A stretch of DNA of 64,000 bases from Cyanidioschyzon merolae (lineage: Eukaryota), in the NCBI GenBank assembly GCA_000091205.1, contig AP006489.2; one strand, written 5' to 3'. Within the stretch, counting starts at the first letter, position 1, and each line of letters opens with the position of its first letter. Under the pieces are notes generated by a model. The model was not told the DNA's origin. It saw only the letters and a list, made by a program, of their open reading frames with translations, and did no database searches. The translations under genes were made by a program, and so were the position numbers. Shown piece after piece: positions 56,369-64,000 of the stretch.

Positions 56369-57808
56369 TTGAACGATCTGTGGGTATTCGATATCAAACT
56401 GGGTCAACGGGCGTGGATTAATGGAAGCTCGGTAGTGAATGCTCCAGCAAGATATGGAGCATTGAACGAATCCCACCCAAGGATTGTACCAGGTGCTCGC
56501 CATGGATCAGCCTTCTGGAACACCAGTGAGACCGATTCGATCATATTTGTTGGAAATGGATACATAAACACGACCGGCAGTGACTTTCTCAATGGTATCT
56601 TTGCATTAAAGAAAACATTCCCTACTCCAACACCGAAACCTACGCGGACACCCACCCCCATCTGCACCGATGAGCTCTGCGGATCTCCGGTACAGTGCAT
56701 CAACCAGGACGCTTGCGAGCAAGTCGGGCGCTGCTTCAACTCCCAGACGAACGCGTGCACCCTGAAGAGCGTCTCAGCGGCGTGCAGCGCTGTTCCAGTG
56801 ACGCAGCGCGTCACCTGCGGTTGGAGCTACATCTACCCCGACGAGTGCACTGCGATACCGGGATGCTGCTGGCAGCCAACGGCAAACGGCATCCTCGCGC
56901 CCTGGTGCTACTACGACATCAACCATGCACCCCAGGCTTCCGTAGCGCGCCAGGAGGTGCAGGCACCAGTTCCCCTCTGCCCGTCACCGAGAGCGCAGCG
57001 CCAGCCGTGCGGCAACGCGGGTATCAACCAGTTTACCTGCTATGCCCAGGGCTGCTGCTACGACTCGCAGGCGCAGAACCAGTGGGTGCAGAACGGCAAG
57101 CAGCAGAGCGACTTTGCGTCGAACCTGTACTGCTTCCAGCCTGAGAAGACGTGCGCGGTGGGCGAGTTTGAGCGCCAACCGTGCTCGAACGCGCTGAACC
57201 AGAACCAGCAGCTGAACAATAACATCAACAGTAGCCAGTTTGTGCGTCTGCTGAACACGGTCCTTTACGGAGAGCAGCACGGGACGCAGCGCACGAGCTA
57301 CCCGCCGCAGCAGTGTCTTTAGGCTGGTTGCTGCCTGGGGCCCGGCAACGAGTGCTCCCAGCCGGTTACCGAGTATGTTTGTCAGGCGTATGGGTACGTC
57401 CCGAACTCGCTGAACAGCACGACCGGCAACGTATCGAACTCGACGTATATTCTGTGCGGCCCGGAGCGCTGCAACGCCGAGATGGAGAATTGCACGTCAA
57501 ACCCGTTCAGCAACAGCAATAACGTGCAACAGCAGCAGCAGCAGCAGCAGCAGCGACAGGTGCCGTTGCCGTCATTCTGTGTATGCAAGGACTCTACAGT
57601 TCACTCCGGGACGTACCTGATGCCTTCGGACAACCTTGTGAACAAGGTGCGTTGCTGCCGCTCTGGCGAGGAGTGTATCAACAGGCAGTGTGTGGTGTTT
57701 AGTGCTACACGGTCTCCGAGTGCCGTTATTGCGACTGCAACTGCGTCTCCAAGTGTGTCGGTATTGGTGTCGACCTCGACGCATGCCTCAGCAAGTGCTT
57801 CAGTATGA
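56369..57808 (+). CDS. Secreted-type mosaic protein (probably the 3' exons). From N to C: a kelch-repeat blade, a PT-rich linker, a Cys-rich module, about 2-3 trefoil (P-type) domains, a polyQ tract, then a Cys-rich tail and Ser/Thr-rich tail
   Basis: Kelch-blade motif 'DLWVFD...W...PARYGA...HGSAFW'; linker 'PTPTPKPTRTPTP'; trefoil 'RVTCGWSYIYPDECTAIPGCCWQP...APWCYY' and 'RQPCGNAGINQFTCYAQGCCYDS...'. The two ORFs 56369..57322 and 57482..57808 are in different frames, so an intron or frameshift is likely. The tool start is TTG, so the true 5' exons probably lie upstream. Confidence 0.5.
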
Positions 57809-58489
57809 ACCACTGCGTTGACGCAAGCTATCTGGACGGCCCCGCGCGCGAACACAGAACTAAAATATGTTTCAGTTATTGGTATATTGATTCCATGAGG
57901 AACGTGGTTGTACAATATAGTTCGCACGTGCATGCACGCAACCTTTCCGGCCGGGCAGAAAGCCCATAATCCAATGTTGAGGGTATCTGGACGCCTAACG
58001 AACCCCCAGTCTGGGTGTCAAGAAACATGCAGATAGCGTGCAGAAAGAGGGAGTTTTTCGTACTGGGGCACATCAGGCCGGGTCTGAATGCGCGACGGGC
58101 ACGACATTAGCCTTTTTGGAGGTTTGGACTCTGCATGCATATCTGAAACACGACTGCGGCGTAGACGACTATCTTGTGCTGCCATTACGAGAGCGCCATC
58201 ATGAAACTCAGTAGCAGACGCTGCAAAATATCTTTGTCCGTTTATACTAGAAATGTCCCGTTTCGGGAGCGCCGTGCGCAGATCTGCGTCATTCAGACGG
58301 CGGTGCTTGACGCGCTCCCGTGCTGCTTACCTCAGAATACTTCGTGGAGGCTCGTAGTGGTACGGACGGAGACAGCAGTGACAACAGTACCAGCAGCTGG
58401 AGGCTCCCCTATCCCAATAGATAGTAAGCAACTCGTTTCTCTGGGAGGCGTTTTCTTTTCACTGGTGCAGAACCCCTTTCGTATCCCAT

Positions 58490-60676
58490 ATGCGAAAAAG
58501 ATATTTTTCCATAGTGAGACTACTGGTGATAGTATTGGTTGTGTCGAGTACACACTCAGTTCGTGGAGTTTTGTCATCCGAAGATACTTTTTTATGGACC
58601 TGGATCGGTGGCAGTAACTCTACCGACAGTTCAGGTAGCTACGGTGTTCAGGGTGTGCCAAACACCAGCACCGTGCCTCCGGCGCGGTACGGTGCGGCCT
58701 TCTGGACCGGCGTTGACGGGGTGCTCTGGTTGTTTGGTGGCAGCGACTCGAGCGGCGTCTTCGGTGATCTCTGGAACTACAATCTGAGCACGTTCTCTTG
58801 GACCTGGGTTGGAGGCTCTGCATCCCTCAACTCTGAAGGGGTATACGGCTCCCTCGGAGTTCCCAACAAGAGCAACTATCCGCCTTCGAGGACGGAATCC
58901 GCTTCATGGAGCGACAGCTACGGAAACCTTTGGCTATATGGAGGCCAGAATTTTAACTCGGGCTATAGTGATATGTGGATGTATAATGTATCGTCGGGCG
59001 AATGGACCTGGGTGCAGGGATCCACCGAGACCAATGTTTCCCCGATATATGGTACTCTTGGGAACTCTTCTTCTAGCAACACGCCTGGCGCCCGTTTCCA
59101 ACCCGCAACCTGGGTTGGCCTAGATGGCCAGTTTTATCTCTTTGGTGGATTCAAACCTTTTGGTCCTCTTTACGGTGACTTGTGGCAGTACAACACAGTG
59201 ACCAACGAATGGAGCTGGATAGGTGGCACTCAACAGCAGACTCCCTCTGGAAGCTATGGTACGTTTCGCCAGGCATCGCCGAACAATTATCCCGCTGGAC
59301 GTGCCGGAGCCACATCGTGGCGAGACCTTGATGGGAACTTTTGGCTCTTTGGAGGTTTCGGACAGATTGTCGGATCTAGCAATCTTCTCAATGATTTATG
59401 GCTGTACAATGTCAGCTCCAAAGAATGGACTTGGATGTCTGGAAATGACAGTGTTGGTTCGAATGGGTCGGTATACGGCGAGAAAGGAGTGCCGTCATCG
59501 AGCAACACTCCGGGGTACAGATCCGGTTCCTCTGGATTTGTAGACTCGTCAAACACTCTGTATCTCTTCGGTGGTAGTTCACCCGGTGTCTGCAACGACC
59601 TGTGGACGTTCAATATTACGAGTCTTGAATGGACTTGGGTAGACGGTGACGATACAACGAATGGAGCCTATAGCTACGGCGAGGTTAACAAGACAAGCAA
59701 TACAACGCTTCCACCTCCGCGATACGGTGCAGTTCTTTGGAATACCGATCAAAACGACCCGGTCCTATTCGGAGGCCAAGGCAGCTCCGGTAGCTATAAC
59801 GACCTCTTCACATTATACATCGCAACATCGACGCCTATGCCGACCGCAACACCGACTCCGACGGCATCACCGACGCCCTCCGTTACTGCATCACCGTCGG
59901 CAACAACGAATGTGACGCAGACCGCTGTAGGCGAAGGTTCTGCGGTCTGCTTCCCCGCGGATGCCTCGGTGCTGATCGATGGTCTGGGCAACAGTCTGCT
60001 TATAAGCGAGCTTCGATCAGGTATGGCCGTGATCGGCGTCAATGGGCGTGGGCAACTGGTCGAAGACAGTGTACTAGGATGGTTGCATAACGAGCCCGGC
60101 GCTACTGCAGAGATTCTTGCGATCAAGACGCTTTCCGGAAAGCAGCTGCGTCTGACGAGACAGCATCTGGTATATCGAGTGATCGAACACTCTAGAGACT
60201 TTGATAGTATGACGACCGCTTTCTCGTGTATTTCACAGAAGCAGCAGCAGCAGCATCAGAAGCACGTAGGTCAGAGCCTTGAGCTGGGTACCTCCGCCGT
60301 TGTGGCAGTTTTCGCGGAAGATATCCGCGTTGGCGACGCTCTGCTGGACGTTGCTGCGCAGCTGCCGGACCCCGTTGTGGCAATCGAGACTTTAGTAACG
60401 CACAATGGTCTCTATGCGCCGTTGACTCGCTCAGGGCGCCTTGCGGTCGACGGTGTTCTCGTGAGCTGCTACGGGACGTACGCATCGCATGCCGTGGCAC
60501 ATGCAGTGTTGTGGCCTGCGCGGGTCGATGCTCTGCGCAAGGTATGGGGATCAGGGCTCGGCACAGAGGGTATTGTGGGTATCATGCCGTATGCAGAAAG
60601 GCTCTATCACATTTGGACGAGTGCAGCACGTGTTCTAACGGAGGCTCGCGTAAGTGTTGTGGTTGCAGCCTGCTGA
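58490..60676 (+). CDS. Secreted kelch-repeat (beta-propeller) protein with a Pro/Thr linker and a C-terminal Hedgehog-type Hint (Hog) autoprocessing domain
   Basis: Signal peptide MRKRYFSIVRLLVIVLVVSSTHSVRG; six or more kelch blades (repeated 'DLW.YN....W.W..G...P..R'); linker 'TPMPTATPTPTASPTPSVTASPS'. The Hint module starts at the conserved Cys ('GSAVCFPADASVLIDG...ISELRSGMAVIGVNG...LTRQHLVY' vs Hh-C 'GCFPGDA.V.L.G....ISEL..GDRVLA...LTPAHL') and ends 'HNGLYAPLTRSGRLAVDGVLVSCYGTYASHAVAHAV'. Confidence 0.8.
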   Translation: MRKRYFSIVRLLVIVLVVSSTHSVRGVLSSEDTFLWTWIGGSNSTDSSGSYGVQGVPNTSTVPPARYGAAFWTGVDGVLWLFGGSDSSGVFGDLWNYNLSTFSWTWVGGSASLNSEGVYGSLGVPNKSNYPPSRTESASWSDSYGNLWLYGGQNFNSGYSDMWMYNVSSGEWTWVQGSTETNVSPIYGTLGNSSSSNTPGARFQPATWVGLDGQFYLFGGFKPFGPLYGDLWQYNTVTNEWSWIGGTQQQTPSGSYGTFRQASPNNYPAGRAGATSWRDLDGNFWLFGGFGQIVGSSNLLNDLWLYNVSSKEWTWMSGNDSVGSNGSVYGEKGVPSSSNTPGYRSGSSGFVDSSNTLYLFGGSSPGVCNDLWTFNITSLEWTWVDGDDTTNGAYSYGEVNKTSNTTLPPPRYGAVLWNTDQNDPVLFGGQGSSGSYNDLFTLYIATSTPMPTATPTPTASPTPSVTASPSATTNVTQTAVGEGSAVCFPADASVLIDGLGNSLLISELRSGMAVIGVNGRGQLVEDSVLGWLHNEPGATAEILAIKTLSGKQLRLTRQHLVYRVIEHSRDFDSMTTAFSCISQKQQQQHQKHVGQSLELGTSAVVAVFAEDIRVGDALLDVAAQLPDPVVAIETLVTHNGLYAPLTRSGRLAVDGVLVSCYGTYASHAVAHAVLWPARVDALRKVWGSGLGTEGIVGIMPYAERLYHIWTSAARVLTEARVSVVVAAC

Positions 60677-63600
60677 GCTGGCAATCTGCCCTGCAGGACA
60701 GGGGCGAACAGTACCGATGGTACCACTCTAGGTGCTGCTTTTTCTGCCATAGGATAGTGTTTGAGCAATGATGGTAAAACGCGCTCTATCGCGAAAAAGC
60801 AACCCGCAGCATATTGCCAGGCATTTTTGATATGTGATGGTACCAGATCCACTTATATAAACGAGCGGAGTTGCAAAGAAGTATTCGTGTGTGTGTGTAA
60901 TCGAGGCACGCCGCGAAATACAGTTTTATGTACCAAGATGTACTGTAGCGCTAATACTTGCGGAGAGCAATAGCGGCAGCTGCCGGTTACATGAGACTGA
61001 GTGAGCAGAGGTTTGCATGCATCTATGCTTCGAAATAGTATTGTGGCTGGGTAGTTGTGGAACGCTCCGCTCGGACATATATTCAGATATGAAAATTGGC
61101 TCTTAGCACTGGGGCGTGGTTCTTGGAACGGTGCAGTGAGAGCGATAAGGATTTCACAGTTGGGAAGATACGAGAAAAATCTATGAAAATTTTTTCAAGA
61201 AAGAAGAGCTGTATTGAATGCAATATGATCAAGATTCGCGACTGAATGTGGAGAAATAGAATTGGTTATAGTCGTACAATTCTACAGCTCCTGCAGTGGA
61301 AAGCATGAAAACGGAAAGTTATAAGGCCAAGGAGTAAATATCTCACGGTTATTCCGTTGATGCACTGCAGATGAGAAGGACTACCAGGAAAAATATCGGC
61401 AGTGAAATGAACCTGGCTGTCAGTAGACTTCACTAGAAAGAACGTAACCACAGCCTGATCCCCATAGTTATAAGGCAGAGTGTACTGTGCCAGAGGCTCT
61501 GCACACTGCTCCAAACTTTGTGTAAGAAGATGTTTATATTTATGTTCTGGTGCCCTGGAGGGTGCACAGTATGTATATACTTCATAATTAATGTAAAGCA
61601 AGTTCCCGTGCTGATGAGCTCAGTCGTGCCAGTCCTGCTGATCGCACAAGGCAGCCTACTGGTAGCAACAAACCGGTGCTTATGGAACGATCGACCTGAT
61701 TGGGCCTGTCGCCACGACTCCGACCGACGAGGCGTACCGCAGAGCGAATCCTGCATACAGTGGAGCTAGTCAGAAAGTCCATGATGTAAGTCTAGATGAA
61801 GCTCAAGTGGGCGCGCGACATTCAACTGGTACCTTGGAGTTTGCTACAGTCTCGTCCTGACAAGCTCCGAGTCTGCCGCGGTACACGCGTTTGGAGTTGT
61901 TCGAGTTCTGGCTCTAGTGCGTTTATCGGCAAAAACCGCTACATGTCCGGAGTGAGCTACAGGTGAAGCCAGTCTGTGCTTTGTGGATACGGTGCAGCCA
62001 GCATGTGCCAGGAGCTGCATCCGGTAAACTCTGGGCCATAAGGAATGAAGGCGAGACGCCAAGCAGCAAGCTTTGAAAAATAAACAAGAAGCAAGGACGC
62101 TAAGGTCAGAGTTTGGGTGCTCGCGATCTTTGCCTCCAACCAAGCATCCCTGAAGCAGCCGCAAGCAGACCTGTATGGGCGAAAAGCTCATTGTCATATC
62201 GGGGCCAGCTGCTCTTCGATGCCGAGGCGGCGCGGTGGCTGATTCCGCCTTCCAGGAACGGTAGCGCGGAACATTGCTATTGCTACTCTAGAGATGTGTA
62301 GGGGCAATAACTAGATAGATTAGTGAACAGTGGTGCGTGAATTCAGTGTACGCGTACAAGAAAGAGCATAGGGAACAATGTTGTGCGTGAATCCAACGAA
62401 TCAGAATACAGACCAGAAAAAGAGGCCTCGATCATGGTCTGTTTCTAGTGCACATGTAGTTCCCTGCATGCTGCCCTGCGACAATGTGTTCATTCCTGTA
62501 AACAATCTATATTGATGGTAAACAATGTTGGATCTCAGCTTGTATGAAAATATGCCTGGTACCGCAAGCACTGCCAAAGCGATAGACTGAGGTGCATTGC
62601 TAGACCGTATTGATGGGCATGGGGGAGGGTAATCAGCTGTACTGGATCTTCTCAACTTCACTGAAAACGGTATCCGAGTCGGAATGCCGAATACGGGTCG
62701 GCAGCAGAAAAACAGTTATAACGTACGCTTAGCGCCTGTGGATGCTTATGGTAAGGACGCGAAGCTAGACGTACATTCAAATCCTGAATAGACCCAACAA
62801 ATTATATCCATGTACTTTGTCTGAACAACCACGGCACGCGCATCGATACGTAGGGTCGCATTCCCGTATACGGCGATTCCTCCGGAGGCCTGCCCTGTCG
62901 ACGTGCGACGCGCAGCTGCTGTTCGCAGTGGCGCCTACTCCGGTGTGCTGCGTGCTGCATAGCGACCGCGCAAAGTGATTACGAGCGCCTCCTACACAAT
63001 GATCGGTAGGCCGAAAAGGAGATTGGAGCTCCTAATAGAAGTAACGTGCCCACCGCTACTGTATTGCTGCGTGAGACCCAAGGGCCGGGTCGTCTTTTTT
63101 TTCCAACATTGCTCTCGGATCATCCATGAATCGGATCCACACGCAGGCAACAACAGGTCCCGGACCTACAAGCTGTCGACGAAGAAACCGCACCAGAGTC
63201 GCCTGGAAGCTAGCCACTAGCAAATTTGAGCTTAGTTACGGCTAGTGCTAGGAACGCTGACAGGGAAGAGATAGAGTTGCAACTGAGAAGATGTTCCAAA
63301 AAAGATATGTAGCTTTGTGCTTGCAGCTGAGTAGGGTGACTTACAGCAAGTTCATAACAATGAAAGAAATACGAACAATGATGACTACTGTGGATATTCG
63401 GAAAGCTCTGAAACGCGGTGGATATGAATGTATGGACGAAGGGCTTGCAAACAACCATCAAAATCGTGTGAAGAAAAACGATGAGGATAGCAGAGTTACT
63501 AAGCGGAGCAAACAACGCACACAGCCATTGGGCTGGTCTGAAGTCGCAGATAATTGAAAGCTCAACAATACCAAGCCATGTGCAGATAAAAGGCCATTCA

Positions 63601-64000
63601 TTAGGTACGATGGGAACACAATTCGACAAGAATATAAGCAGAAATATATCGAAAATAACATGAAAAGAGCACTTTCTTTGTTCAGTTAAGATATTTGTGT
63701 AACAATGGAGACAACCTAGCACCGAAAAAGCAGCATTTAAGTACTGTGAGATGTTGAGAGAAGAAAACGGAGACAAAAAATGTTGAAGAACGACACACAC
63801 GAAACCAACACAAGCGAGCGCGCGATTCAGACCACGCGCGAAGGCCGGGGCCCAAAACATAGGAAACGACGAGGCGGTCAAGCTAAAATGCATCGATACT
63901 ACTGCGCGTACTGGAGTATCCAGGTGGCCACACACAGTCCAATGATGGAAAAGATTCCCCTCGGATCAATCGCTAGAGACATTAATACTGGAATGGGGGG

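Noticed and set aside
56369-56372. ORF-track N-termini taken at face value
   Set aside because: Checking the sequence shows the tool accepts non-ATG starts (e.g. TTG at 56369-56372, GTG at 53162) and prints them as M. Starts of several calls are therefore provisional. ATG was confirmed by eye for POR (54820), the kelch-Hog gene (58490) and PP2C (13419).
63210-63935. 241-aa minus-strand ORF, hydrophobic and low complexity
   Set aside because: It lies in the lower-GC (more AT-rich by eye) 3' region of the window with no recognisable motif. The composition looks like a chance open frame. A small ORF on the + strand (63291..63557) is equally unsupported.

Overview
The window is GC-rich (estimated by eye at roughly 55-60% GC) eukaryotic nuclear DNA. 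It is not a prokaryotic locus, so no CRISPR array, operon or defence island is expected, and none is seen. The strongest reads are a set of long ORFs carrying family signatures. At the left end, two proline-catabolism genes sit 41 kb apart: delta-1-pyrroline-5-carboxylate dehydrogenase (P5CDH) and proline dehydrogenase (PRODH). Between them are a PP2C phosphatase with an N-myristoylation start (MGLCKSK), an Rtf1-like Plus3-domain protein, a type-II-membrane glycosyltransferase, an Mpv17/PMP22 protein with a Gly15 tract, and a P-loop NTPase fused to a CYTH-like domain. Further right are a TRAF-type zinc-finger protein with a C-terminal membrane anchor, lipid-A-disaccharide synthase (LpxB), a ferroportin-like transporter, a plant-type short cytochrome bc1 hinge protein (QCR6), light-dependent protochlorophyllide oxidoreductase (POR), and two tandem secreted kelch-repeat genes. 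One kelch gene ends in a Hedgehog-type Hint (Hog) autoprocessing domain; the other ends in trefoil (P-type) domains. POR, LpxB, the short QCR6 and the Hog proteins together point to a photosynthetic protist or alga. Structurally, the most striking features are as follows. A ~1.3 kb inverted repeat (about 98-99% identical) brackets 12.4 kb holding four housekeeping genes, with a 63-bp x9 minisatellite at its inner right edge. A ~3.2 kb direct segmental duplication flanks a frameshifted L1-like LINE. Its flanks are nearly identical, but the mature-peptide region of an embedded secreted Cys-rich protein has diverged to about 60% identity. A fragmented TnpB/Fanzor-like RuvC nuclease gene carries the diagnostic RDxNAAIN motif. 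There are also several minisatellites of 116, 94 and 84 bp and a 12-bp microsatellite. Two caveats apply. The supplied ORF track uses non-ATG starts (TTG or GTG shown as M in places), so N-termini are uncertain, and introns may interrupt genes. Coordinates I derived myself (repeats, junctions) are about ±2 bp.
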